Assembly (NCBI GenBank): GCA_951406725.2 | Contig: OX597815.1 | Span: 48,918,001 to 48,982,000, forward strand | Length of the DNA: 64,000 bases | DNA from: Octopus vulgaris | Lineage: Eukaryota | Direction: 5' to 3' | In this document: piece after piece, positions 14,165 to 27,206 of the stretch | Numbering within the stretch: position 1 is the first letter of the stretch | Layout of the letters: the number at the start of each line of letters is the position of its first letter | Position numbers and translations under genes: made by a program | The notes under the pieces: model-generated | The model's input: the letters and a program-made list of their open reading frames with translations, nothing else | What the model was told of the DNA's origin: nothing | Databases searched by the model: none

Positions 14165-14215
14165 AGCTTCCTGAAGATTTCTCTTGAATGAAACAGTACT
14201 AGTCCTGTAGAAGCT
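14165..14215 (+). ncRNA. Type I hammerhead ribozyme motif
   Basis: Stem I AGCUUC/GAAGCU; core CUGAAGA; stem II UUC-UCUU-GAA with a U.U closing mismatch; GAAA; stem III ACAG/CUGU. Cleavage triplet GUA (after 14209). Confidence 0.7.
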
Positions 14216-14226
14216 CCTTCTATATA

Positions 14227-14269
<43 letters not shown>

Positions 14270-14485
14270 TATTAGCGCTAACGAACGGAAGAAGGATTTT
14301 CTCAGTACCTGAGTTAGAGTGTCTAATTTATTAGGTCAGCCGAAATGAATAAGGTGTTCACCTAAAATATTGTGTTTGTTTATGAGTGTGTTTGTGTGTG
14401 TGTGTGATTGTGTGTGCGCGCGTGTTACATAAGCATTCGTAAAAAACAGCGAGGTAAATTGCTTGCTAGCTACCTTAATAGATAA

Positions 14486-14608
<123 letters not shown>

Positions 14609-14776
14609 CTCAGACAAACATATTTTGAGAGAGTGAGAGAGAAAGACAAAAAAAATTCAGAATCACACACAACATACACACACACACACAATGCCATATT
14701 TAAGCCTATCTTAACACATCTCATATACATATATCCCGAAGGTGAAAACTGTCCAATATGATAATATAATATAACT

Positions 14777-15074
14777 GGCTCTCCGTCAGTTACGACGACG
14801 AGGGTTCCAGTTGATCCCATCAGCGGAACAGTCTACGTGTCAAATTAACGTGCAAGTGGGTGAACATGTCACAGACACGTGTACTCTTAATGTAGTTCTT
14901 AGGGAGAATCAGCGTGACACAGTGTGATAAGGCTGGTCCTTTGGAATACAGGTATAACTTATTTTTGCCAGTTGAATGAACTGGAGCAACGTGAAATAAA
15001 GGGTCTTGCTTAAGGACACTGCGCATTGCCGTAATTGAACCGAATACCCTAACCACTAAGCGACGCGCCTTCAC
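14777..15074 (-). mobile_element. SINE family E copy
   Basis: tRNA head gtgaaggcgcgtcgcttagtggttaggg, CORE-like gtccttaagcaagac and family E tail. Confidence 0.85.
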
Positions 15075-15974
15075 ATAATATAATACAATAATGAATGTTT
15101 GGCTGTCTCTTTGACTCAATAAATCAGTGTTAACAATATCCATTACTTAAGATGAGGGGTTCGTTATCACCTGACACTTCTGTAAGGAAATTTCACCACA
15201 TAAAAGGGAACATGTTTTACATGAACCTAGGATGGTTCTCTGCATGGTCACTTCATATGCTAGAAATAGCAGCATAAATGTCATCCAAAGAATTTTTTTG
15301 AAGAGAATGTCACATTGGACGCTAAATAACAGATTAGGTGATCTCGGTTGGAACGGCTCTGATCATAGGCTTGCTTCATTAAAGGATATCAGACGCTATG
15401 GCACGGTCGCTATGTTGCCGCTGATTCGACGCTGACTTATTTGACATTTTCAGACGTTTTCATGTTACTCTCGTCCTAATGTTTTCTTCCTTCTCTCTCT
15501 CTCTGTGTTTATGCGGGTGAGGAACTAATTACGTTTGTATGTACGTGTAAGGTCTCACTCACTCTCTCTCTCTCCTTGCCCCTTTATCTCTGTTTTTATG
15601 TATGTGTAATCTCTCTCTCTCTCGCTCTCTCTCCCTCACTCTCTCCCCCTCTCTCTTTCCTTCTCTCATTATATCTATATATTTCTTTTGTGTGCGTATG
15701 TTATTACCTTCTGTTCTAAAACGTACTGTCGTCAAAACAGGTTGAATATCCAGTTAGCCGTGCTAAATCCTCAACGTCCAGCGGTCGCGCCAATTCATCT
15801 CATTCCACTGGCGAGAAAGAAACCGCATAACTCTCTACACTATTACACCAATATAATATTCCGCCACAACACTACACTTTTACATCACTTTATTACACTG
15901 TTACGCGATTACATGACATCTGTTATAAGAGCGAGCGGTACTGGCTTTGCACAAAGCAAGCCCACTATAATAGT

Positions 15975-16560
15975 TTCAAATTTCGGCTCAAGGCCAGCAA
16001 TTTCGGTGGAGGGGATAAGTCAATGATATCGATCCCAGTGCAAAACTGGTGCTTATTTTATCGCCTTCGAAAGAATGAAAGGCAAAGTAGACATTGGCGG
16101 AATTTGAACTCAAAGCAGTAAGACAGATGAAATAGCACTAAGCATTTTGCCCACTGAGCTAACTGTTCTGCCAGCTCGCCGCCTTATTGATGCTTCATAA
16201 TGATGTTTGTAAAAGGGTAGTGAGCTAACAGAATCATTTATGTTTAGCGGCATTATTTCGAGATCTTTACGTTCCGAGTTCAAATTCGCCGGGGTCGACT
16301 TTTGTCTTTCATCATTTCGAGGTCGTTAAAATAGGTATAGTTCAGCATCGGGGGTCGATGTAATCGACTTGCACTTTCCTCCAAACACTCAGGCCATATG
16401 CCTAATGATGTCTGGAAAATATATTACAATGGATTGACAGAATTAAAGGGACTAAATACATTGCGGTATTCGTCAAAGCACGTTGCATTCTAAGTTCAAA
16501 TCTGCCTCAGGTCAATGTTGCTTTCCATACTTCTGGGAACGATAAAATAAAATACCAGAA
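15975..16560. mobile_element. Cluster of three SINE family B copies (one minus, two plus)
   Basis: Repeated gagttcaaatt and ctttcat...gtcga motifs in both orientations. Confidence 0.75.
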
Positions 16561-16625
16561 TAGAGATGGATTTAAGTAACTAATCTTTTCCGTTGGCAAT
16601 TTCTTTTCCATATTTGGGTTTTTCT

Positions 16626-16659
16626 TTTCCGACGAAGAGCTATGCTCGAAACGTCAAAC
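16626..16659 (+). ncRNA. Minimal hammerhead-like motif, probable PLE remnant
   Basis: UUU-CCGACGA-A-GAGC(UAU)GCUC-GAAAC-GUC-AAA. One core change (U4 to C). Confidence 0.55.
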
Positions 16660-16825
16660 TCTCTCTTCTTAATGAGCGTCATACTAATATATTTCTTGTG
16701 CACGCCCTCTTGTTGTCTCGTTAATTTTATTACTCGTTTATTTTTTATTGATTGTTTATTTGAATTGATTATTTATATACACACGCACACACACAAACTT
16801 GCACACACGTGCCCGCATATATATA

Positions 16826-16985
16826 CGAGGCATGGCTGTGTGTTAAGAAGTTAGCTTCTCACCCACACGCTTCTGGGTTCAGTAACCCTGCATGGCAACT
16901 TGGGCAAGTGTCTGCTACTATAACCTCGATCCGACCAAACCCTTGTGAGTAGATTTGGTAGGCAGACACTGAAAGAAGCACGTCG

Positions 16986-16990
<5 letters not shown>
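16826..16990 (+). mobile_element. SINE family A 5' half
   Basis: tggctgtgtgttaagaag...gggttcag...ttgggcaagtgtct...actgaaagaagc. Confidence 0.8.
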
Positions 16991-17041
<51 letters not shown>

Positions 17042-17148
17042 CACCTGAAATGGCTTCTATATAAGTTTCTTATAAATTCCACTCTCGTGAAACATTGCCC
17101 TATCGCATAGTTCCGAAGCGAACGTCGGGAACACACACCCATGCCAAC

Positions 17149-17205
<57 letters not shown>

Positions 17206-18055
17206 ATACATACATACATACATACATACATACATACACACATACACACATACACGCATATATCGTTTTCACACTCTTTCCGTGTATTTACACTTTAACG
17301 AAAATTGGTTTACAATTGGATAAAATCTGTTCCGTTCATCAAATCTATAAAATTCCGATGAAAGAACTCAAAAGAAGACATGAAGAAAAGATATTAAGAC
17401 GTCACTTTATAAACAAACAGAGATTTACAATGATATACGCATATATATATTTATACGTGTGTGTGTATGTGTATGTCTGCGTGTGTGTGTGTGTGTGTGT
17501 GTATTACACATATATCGTTGGACACACGTTGGGAAATGGTTCTTTCACATGAAAGTATTTTCTCAAGGAAATGTTTCAAAGACTTGATGCCTTTCTGGTA
17601 ACTAGTTTCGGTGCCACGTGGCGAAATAACAAGCTTGAAGAATAAACATGATCGCGTCTCATATATTTTTATTTTAACTCAAATAACAAACAATTAAAAG
17701 TTTGTGTGTATCTGATGCGAATGGAAATCAGAGCGTCTGTTGAAATAAATGAGTTTAAGACTGCACAAGGAATACAGAATATCAAGGTAGATATATACCT
17801 ACATACGTACATACATACATACATACATACATACATACATACATACATACATACATACATACATACACACATGCATACATACATACATACATACATGCAT
17901 GCATACATACATACATACATACATACATACATACATACATACATACATACACACAAATATATATACGTATACACATATATATGCATGTATGTACGTAAGT
18001 ATGTATGCATGTAGGTGTACATATATATATAAATGTATATACATGTATATATATA

Positions 18056-18138
<83 letters not shown>

Positions 18139-18253
18139 AGGACAGTCCGACCCTGTGTATGTATGTGTGTGTGTTTGTGTGCATATGTGCGTTTGCGTAT
18201 ATTTGTGTTTGTGCGCATATGCGAGCTTGGGATTGTAATTATAAGCCTGTCTG

Positions 18254-18368
<115 letters not shown>

Positions 18369-18879
18369 ATAAATGTCTCTGTGTATATGTATATACACAC
18401 ATATATATATATATATATACATACATACACATACATATACATACATAAATAAATAAATACACATATATATATATGTGTGTGTGTGTGTGTATGATGTTCA
18501 TATAACTATGTTCATGTGTGCGTGCGTTTGAGTACCTTTTCCTGCATGATTGCAAAGCATGCCTAAGATATATGAATTGAATACAAATAGCAAATCTGAT
18601 TTTAATATAAATTTCTAATTTTTATGAGAGACAGCTGGAAAGAGGCTATACAGATGATGCACTCTGTACTTTGCTTCAATAATGTGGCTTTGATTTTTAA
18701 AATCGCATGCACTGGCTGCAGTTGCAGGAGTCACCGCTACCACGCACATAGATAGATAGATAGATAGGTAGGTAGATAGATAGAGAGAGAGAGTGAGAGA
18801 GAGTGAGAGAGAGAGAGAGAGAGACAGAGAGAAGGAACTGGAGAAAGAGTGAAGGTGACTCAGTCAGTTACAAACGTGA

Positions 18880-18923
<44 letters not shown>

Positions 18924-18959
18924 ATATATGTATATATATATATGTGTGTGTGTGTGGGC

Positions 18960-19000
<41 letters not shown>

Positions 19001-19056
19001 CACATATATATACATACATATGCATACATACATATATACATACATACATACATACA

Positions 19057-19105
<49 letters not shown>

Positions 19106-19286
19106 ACACATATATGTATACACACATAAGCATTCATTCATGCATCCATCAATCCATACATACATAATACATACATGCATGCATGCATGGATACATACAT
19201 TCATACATACATACAGCCCAAATGAAACTACCGCTTCATACTCTCCTTAATACATAGATGTGTTTCTGTGTGTCTGTATAAGCCTA

Positions 19287-19361
<75 letters not shown>

Positions 19362-19478
19362 ACATACATACATACATAAATACATACATACATAAATACA
19401 TAAATACATACATACATACATACATAAATACATACATACATACATAAAAACACATGCGTATAAATATATATAGGTATA

Positions 19479-19881
19479 GGCGCAGGAGTAGCTGTATGGT
19501 AAGTAGCTTGCTTACCAATCACATGGTTCCGGGTTCAGCCCCACTGTGTGGCACCTTGGGCAAGTGTATTCTACTATAGCTTCGGGCCGACCAAAGCCTT
19601 TTGAGTGGATTTAGTATACAGAAACTGAAGGAAGCCTGTCGTATATATGTATATATATATATACATGCATGTGTGCGAATATGTTTGAGTGTCCGTTTGT
19701 ACCCCCAACATCACTTGACAACCGATGCTGGTGTGTTTATGTCCCCATAAATTAGCGGTTCGGCAACAGAGACCGATAGAATAAGTACTAGGCTTACAAA
19801 GAATAAGTCCTGGGGTCGATTTGCTCGACTAAAGGTGGTACTCCAGCATAGCCGCAGTCAAATGACTGAAACTAGTAAAAG
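19479..19881 (+). mobile_element. SINE family A full-length reference copy (tRNA-like head, CORE-like ccttgggcaagt, internal microsatellite, 3' tail)
   Basis: A-box-like tagctgtatgg, B-box-like gggttcagccc, internal (TA)n, tail ending aaatgactgaaactagtaaaag. More than 15 related copies in the window. Confidence 0.9.
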
Positions 19882-19905
19882 TATATATATACATACATAC
19901 ATACA

Positions 19906-19940
<35 letters not shown>

Positions 19941-20844
19941 GTGCATGTATATATACATATGCATGTATGTATAATATATACACATATATTATATATATAT
20001 GTGTATATATATATATCATACATATATATTATACATATATAATATATATATGTATATTATACACGCACATACACACATATATATAGACCTATATTTATGT
20101 ATAATATATATTAACAAATACATTTTTACACGTATTTACGTATATACATACAGATATGCAAATATTTGCCAAGATACATATATACATACAAACACATATA
20201 TATGCATAGGTATATAAAATTACATAGACATATATTTTTAAACTATGCGTGTATATTTATAGTCTAAGTATAAATATATCTGTGTGTGTGTATATATACA
20301 TACACATACACACATCTTTTATCTCGCTAATTGTTTATATATACATGTGTGTGTGTGTATCTTATATCTCGCTATCTAATTGTTTATATGTGTGTGTGTG
20401 TGCATATGTGTGCATGTTTGTTTGTATGTGTGTGTATGTGTGTGTGTTTGTGCGTGCGTGTACGCAAGCGCGCACACATTTGCATGTGTACATATTTCCA
20501 TATCTTAATATCTTTGTGTTAATTTCTATTGTATTCATTACTAGATAAACAAATCATTTACTAACTGACATGTAAAAATATACGCATGTATTTATGTATA
20601 AGAGTGGGTGTGTATTTGTGCGCATTTGTGTGCATTTGAACTACTTATCCGATTAAATCGATGATATATTTTCGTGGGCACCATGGTGCTAATCCGGCTG
20701 GATTTGAGGAGCTTGTTAGACAAGATATAAGGATATTGAGAAATTCTACACGTCGATGGCGGTGTACTTATCACACACACACAAACACACACACACAAAC
20801 ACACACACATGCATATAGATGCACACATATGTATATCTTTCTGT

Positions 20845-21205
20845 TTTTCTTGTTAGCTTGATTCGGTCATTAGAGTGCGGCCATGCTGGGGCACAGCCAT
20901 GAAAAGTTCTTAGTCGAATGAATCGAGCTCGGAACTTTTTAAAGACTGGTACTTATTCTATTGGTGACTTTTGCTGAACCGCTAAGTTGCGGTGACATAA
21001 ACACAACAACTCTAGTTGTCAAGCAGTGGTCGAGGCAGACAAACACACACGCGCGCGCACACACATTATAGGCGTCTTTCAGTTTCCGTCCACCAAATCC
21101 ACTCACAAGTCTTTGGTCGGTCCGAGGCTATCGTGGAAGACACACACCCAAGGTGTCACGCAGTGGGACTGGGCCTAGAACCATGTGTTTGAGAAGCAAG
21201 CTTCT
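20845..21205 (-). mobile_element. SINE family A copy
   Basis: Reverse complement is collinear with 19479-19881. Confidence 0.85.
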
Positions 21206-21614
21206 CATTTCTTTACTGCCCACACAGTACACACAGAGGGGACAGTCAAGGACAAACGGATTAAGTCGATTATATAGACCCCAGTGCGTAACTGGTCCTT
21301 ATTTAATCGACCCCGAAAGGATGAAAGGCAAAGTTCACCTCGGCGGAATTTGAACACAGAACGTAGCGGCAGATGAAATACCTATTTCTTTATTACCCAC
21401 AAGAGGCTAAACATAGAGGGGACAAACAAGGACAGACATAGGTATTAAGTCGATTACATCGACCCCAGTGCGTAACTGGTACTTAATTTATCGACCCCGA
21501 AAGGATGAAAGGCAAAGTCGACCTCGGCGGAATTTGAACTCACAACGTAACGCAGACGAAATACCGCTAAGCATTTCGCCCGGCGTGCTAACGTTTCTGC
21601 CAGCTCGCCGCCTT
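21206..21614 (-). mobile_element. SINE family B head-to-tail dimer
   Basis: Full unit 21384-21614 plus a 5'-truncated unit 21206-21383. Junction gaaatacctatttcttt. Confidence 0.9.
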
Positions 21615-21628
21615 CCTCTTTTTTTATT

Positions 21629-21733
21629 CGACCGGACGGGCCCTGGGACGATGGGATCCCGGGGCTGCAATGCGCGTTCGAGGTGTCGATGTTCACTGAG
21701 TCCTGCAATCCGCATCAGTTCAGGCGGATAGCT
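21629..21733 (-). pseudogene. 5.8S rRNA 3' fragment (dispersed pseudogene)
   Basis: Reverse complement ...ttgcaggactcagtgaacatcgacacctcgaacgcgcattgcagccccggg...ccggtcg matches the conserved metazoan 5.8S core (TTGCAGGAC...GAACATCGAC...GAACGCACATTGCGGC). It is followed by aataaaaaaag. Confidence 0.85.
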
Positions 21734-23329
21734 CTTCTAATCCTTCTTTTAAATCATTGTATTTTACTTCCTTAGGTGCAAATATATTTGAAGCCGTGGG
21801 TAGCATGTGGAAGTTGATTCACACGGTTACATATTTTACTTTTAACCAAGAGATATATTTTTCATCGTGCTTTCTTTTACAACAACTTTATGGCGCTGTG
21901 AAACTACCTTGGGATACCTTTCTACATACTAAATGCATTTACTGTATTCTCTCACATGAGTAATATAATGAGTCGAAAATCTTCGATTAACTGAGGCTAT
22001 TTATCTCTCTAGGCTCTTTGAAATTCTAAAAGCAGCCTGGAAGGGAAATTAACTCTAATAAAATCGGATAACCGAAATTTGAATACCACGCCAATTCTAT
22101 AAAGCGACGCAATCTTGGTAAAATATGTATAGGCAAGATTTATCCTTTGTGCAATAAGCACAAGATCTGAAATTTTGGAGGAGGCGACTAGTCGATAACA
22201 TCGACTCCTATGCTTCCTAATTTATCGTCTGCAAAAGGATGAAAGACAAAGTCGATCCCGACGGCATTTGAACTAGAGACGAGTAAAGGCGTACGCACTA
22301 CCGCTAAATATTTTGTCCGGCGTGCCAACGATTCTGCCGTTTTAACACCTTTCATATACGCAAAAATATCAACAACTTTTATAACCCTATTAATCTATAC
22401 TATCGATGATTTTACTGTAAAGCAGATCGCCAAACATGTAGTCGAATCCGTTACATAGCGGCTCAACATGAATATTCGTTTCATGGCCTCAGATATCCAA
22501 TGATCCAAGTATTAGAAACAACACCTTACTCATGTATATACAAAGCTAATAAAACAACATTTTTAGATTATTTAAATTCATTTTTCACTAAAAACCAGCC
22601 ATAGTGAACTGGTGTTAACGATAGATCAAGCAGACCCATGTTGCGATGGAATAATATCGCATAATATTGATTTCAAATTATTTTGACGCAGTTTACTCGT
22701 CACCAATTATTTGTAGTATCGCCACTATTTATGACGACACTTGTTTACGCTATAACCGTGTTGAAACAATAAGATATATAAAGAAGCTGGGTAGCAACAA
22801 CGTAACAATCCACCAAACTCTCCACGAATTCTACACGAACCAACGAACGATATTCCGACAAACTACCAAAACCTTACCACTTCCTGTGATTAACGTCTAC
22901 TCCGTCTCTAGCTCACTCAGGCCGGTACTATTTATAGTCGTCCGGTTAAGTCTATTCTTGACTCTCCCCTCAACACTAATTTTGACACAAGGCCAGCAAT
23001 TTCGGAGAAGAGGATGAGTTGATTACATCGACACCAGTGTTCGAGTGGTACTTATTTTATCGACCCTAAAAGGATAAAAGACAAGGTCGACCTCGGCGGA
23101 ATTTGAACTCAGAACTCATCGCCCTAATGTCGTATAATATTGAGTCAAAATTATCGCCATCGTTATAATCATCGTCATCCTCACCACCACCACCGTCATC
23201 ATAATCATCGTAACCATCACCACCACAACCATCACCACCACCGCCACCACTACCACCTTCATCATGATGATGAGGATCATCATCATCACCAACGTAACCA
23301 CCACAATCACCTTCATTCCCTACTACCCT

Positions 23330-23363
<34 letters not shown>

Positions 23364-23862
23364 CCACTATTTCCACCCCCACCCCCACTATCAGCATCGT
23401 TATCATTAAATCGTGATGTCGTGATAGCCATTCTCTAGCGGGATATGATCATCATTGATCAGCCAGTACTTGTCCCGGACGGAACACCCCATTCCATTGC
23501 AGAGTACGCATTTTTGGCTGACTAGATTCGAGCAATGTGGAACGAAGCGTGTGCCGCCGGTCGGATACTCGAACCCTCGACATTGCGGTCATGAGCTCAA
23601 CACGTTAGCCACCCAGCTAAACAAGTGATTTTACTGAAATTTAAATAGTTCCTCCCCTATCCTACTTGATTCCTTGATTTTATTGTTGTTACTGTGGCTT
23701 GTATATGTTTGAAACCAGTTATTTTCAGTCGTACAATCGATACGGAGTCTGGACCACCTTTAGGTCGATAACAACAGTTCACGGCAATTTCGATCTGAAC
23801 CGCTACTCAAATAACCGGAACTCTCAAGCAACCGGGCACCATGTAGAGTAAACTCTCTGACT

Positions 23863-24151
<289 letters not shown>

Positions 24152-24779
24152 CTTTTATAGCTAATCCTATATCCATAAACCTTTCATATATTCTTAACCT
24201 TTTACATCCATGCACTTTTAAAACTTTTATGTCCATAAATCTATAAAAGAAAATTAAACCTCCTAATACAACCCGCCTTCCTTACACTCAACTACTTTCT
24301 ATTGTATTTTATCTCGTTTAATTTTAATTTATTTCATTTCACCCTCTTTCTTTACTTTCCCAGCCACTCCTAATAACGGAGTTAGTATCTTAGTATACTG
24401 GATCAATCAGGAAATCTTAAAAGCTTGTTTGGTCACAGCTAAATATCTCTTTAATCACAGGTGTGCGTAATCAGGGTTCTCGGAGACACAAACAACAACA
24501 CTAACACCAACGCTATGATCATTGGTATTTACTACCGAAAGAGCTTTATCTGACCAATTGATGCGCTGGAAATAGCACCTCATGAGACTTATGATTCATT
24601 AAGTTGACTATTCCGTTTCAATGTCGCATGGTTTCTCGTTATAGTCGATAGATTGGAGCGACAGGAAAAAATGAAATGTTTTGCTCAAGAACATAACGCT
24701 CTGCCCGGCCCGGTAATCGAAACCACGATCTCACGATCTAGAGTGCAATACCGTAATCACTAAGTCACGCATTTTCATT

Positions 24780-25266
24780 ATTCTTTTATTCTTTTACTCG
24801 TTTCACTCACTTGACTGCGGCACTGTCTTTACTCGAACAAATCGACCTCAGGACTTATTCGTTGTAAACTTAGTACTTATTCCATCAGTCTCTCTTTTCG
24901 GACAGCTCAGTTACAGGGACCTAAACACATCAACATTGGTTGTCAAGCGATGGTGGAGGAACAAAGACAGACATAAAAACATGTGTGTGTGTATGTATAT
25001 ATATATATTGGTAAAAACGGTAAGATAACAAAAGAAAGAAAGAGACCTCAATATTATATAAATAGAGGAAATTTATCTATAAAATAATATGTTGCAATTA
25101 CTCAATAGTCAAGATAAAACTCTGAGTTTCAGATGCCGAAGTGGAAATCCACAACACCATCTCTTCGGTTATCTGGCCAGGTAACCGAAGAGATGGTGTT
25201 ATGGATTTCCACTTCGGCGTCTGAAACTCAGAGTTTTATCTTGACTATTGAGTAATTGTAACATAT

Positions 25267-25326
<60 letters not shown>

Positions 25327-25458
25327 ATATATATACGACGGGCTTCTTTCAGTTTCCTTCTACCAAATCCACTCACAAGGCCCCAGGTGCTACGCAGTGG
25401 GACTGAACCCGGAATCATGTAGTTGGGAAGCAAGCTTCTTAACCATACACCCACGCCT
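24780..25458 (-). mobile_element. SINE family A copy interrupted by a palindromic insertion
   Basis: Tail at 24780-24975 and head at 25333-25458. Confidence 0.85.
25008..25271. mobile_element. Palindromic PLE-like element with a hammerhead-like motif in each arm
   Basis: 190-bp near-perfect palindrome 25082-25271 centred on ctgg|ccag, plus an unpaired tail 25008-25081. Homologous to 31611-31894. Confidence 0.75.
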
Positions 25459-25634
25459 TATCATGCTATCTACGCTGGACCAAATTACCCATGATATGCA
25501 GAAAGACGAGATGGTCATGGATAGAACATATTTGAGCATACACAGGTTTGTTTTAAAAACAAGGCTTTCCTGGGACTACACAGCGACAACGAGAACAATG
25601 ACAAGAATAAAAACAGTCTTACTGGTGGAAAATG

Positions 25635-25880
25635 TTCCTTCTCGAGCTATGCCAAGCTCATAAGGGCCGGGTTCCCGGTTTCAGTGGCGTAGAAATTCCC
25701 CACCTGGACGGGACGCCGGTCCGTCGCAGGATTACTCATTTTTGCCGGCTGAGTGGACTGAAGCAACGTGAAATGAAGTGTTTTGCTTAGGAACACAACG
25801 CTTCGCCCGGTCCAGGAATCGAAACCACAACCTTACGATCATGAGTTTAACACCCTAACCACTAAGCCACGCGCCTCCAC
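25635..25880 (-). mobile_element. SINE with tRNA/CORE-like head and V-domain-like 3' part
   Basis: Reverse complement: gtggaggcgcgtggcttagtggttaggg...gtttcgattcc...gcgacggaccggcgtcccgtccaggtggg. Confidence 0.8.
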
Positions 25881-26602
25881 TACAGGTGGAAAAAGGAGGT
25901 ACAAAATGGCACTGTATGTTGGAGTGCATAGAATGGTGTATAACTAGGCAGTGGTATGTTGGGTATCGAACCCGGAAACACTTGGTTGCAAAGCGAACAT
26001 CTTAACGACATGGCTATACTCGCGCTTATATTTTTACAACTGTTGTTTCAAAGTGTGTATGCATGCATGTGAGTGCGAATTCAAGTATGTATGTGTATGT
26101 TTGTGTGCGTAAGTGTATATATGAATGAGTGTGTGCCTAATATCTTTCGTGTATGTTCATGCGCGCGCGCGCATGTGTGTGTGTGCATTTGAGTGTATGT
26201 GAATGTGTGTGTGTGTAAATGTATGAATGAAGGATTCTTATATATAATAGCTTCTGTACATGTCTGTAAAAGTGTGAATGTGTACCAATGTACAAGTATG
26301 TGTGTGTGTGTATGTGAGTGTGTGCTCTTCAGTGTATCTGATATCTTCTGTCGATTTTTATGAATGGATTAATTCTGGGTGCGCGCGCGCAATATCGTAT
26401 GTGTGCGTGTTTGTGCGTTTGTGTTGTAACGTGTGTGTGTGTATGTGTGTGTGTCTTAGTGTATTACTGAGTGTGTACGAGCGAGCACTCCTGTGTGTGT
26501 AGATATGTATGCCTATTTGAGATATTTGATATGTGTATTTGTTAGTGTGCATTAAGTGTATGTTCAAGAGTGCACATGAGTATATGTGAGTGTATTTGCG
26601 CC

Positions 26603-26640
<38 letters not shown>

Positions 26641-26798
26641 GCGTGGCTGGTATCTTCTGTGCATGCGTCCATGTGTATGTGTTTATACGCATGGATGCGT
26701 GTGTATATGTATGGCTGTTATCCTCAATGCGTATATGTGTGTGTGTTCTTAATGACAGCTTCCATGCGTGTATGTATATATGCATGTATATATGCATG

Positions 26799-26868
<70 letters not shown>

Positions 26869-26881
26869 CCTTTATATATAA

Positions 26882-26930
<49 letters not shown>

Positions 26931-26958
26931 TAGATAGATAGATATAGATATATAGATA

Positions 26959-26989
<31 letters not shown>

Positions 26990-27040
26990 GTACTTGTTTC
27001 AGTCATTTGACTGCGGCCATGCTGGAGCACCGCCTTTAGA

Positions 27041-27206
27041 GTGGTGAAAGAGTACAGCAGGGATCACCACCTCCTGCCGGAGCCTCGTGGAGCTTTTAGG
27101 TGTTTTTTTCGCTCAATAAACACACACAACGCCCGGTCTGGGAATCGAAACCGCGATCCTCCGACCGCAAGTCCGCTGCCCTAACCACTAGGCCATTGCG
27201 CCTCCA
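27041..27206 (-). mobile_element. tRNA-Arg-like SINE 5' part (V-domain-like family)
   Basis: Reverse complement: tggcctagtggttagggcagcggac...ggtttcgattccc. Homologous to 61588 onward. Confidence 0.8.

Larger units (their letters stand above)
12797..14232 (+). mobile_element. PLE-like non-autonomous element bounded by 69-bp perfect inverted repeats containing a hammerhead
   Basis: 12857-12925 is the exact reverse complement of 14164-14232. (TA)n flanks both sides. Confidence 0.7.

Noticed and set aside
23066-23431. Gly/Asp-rich and His-rich ORFs
   Set aside because: Degenerate (CAT)/(CAC) triplet repeat running into a SINE; no splice or homology evidence.
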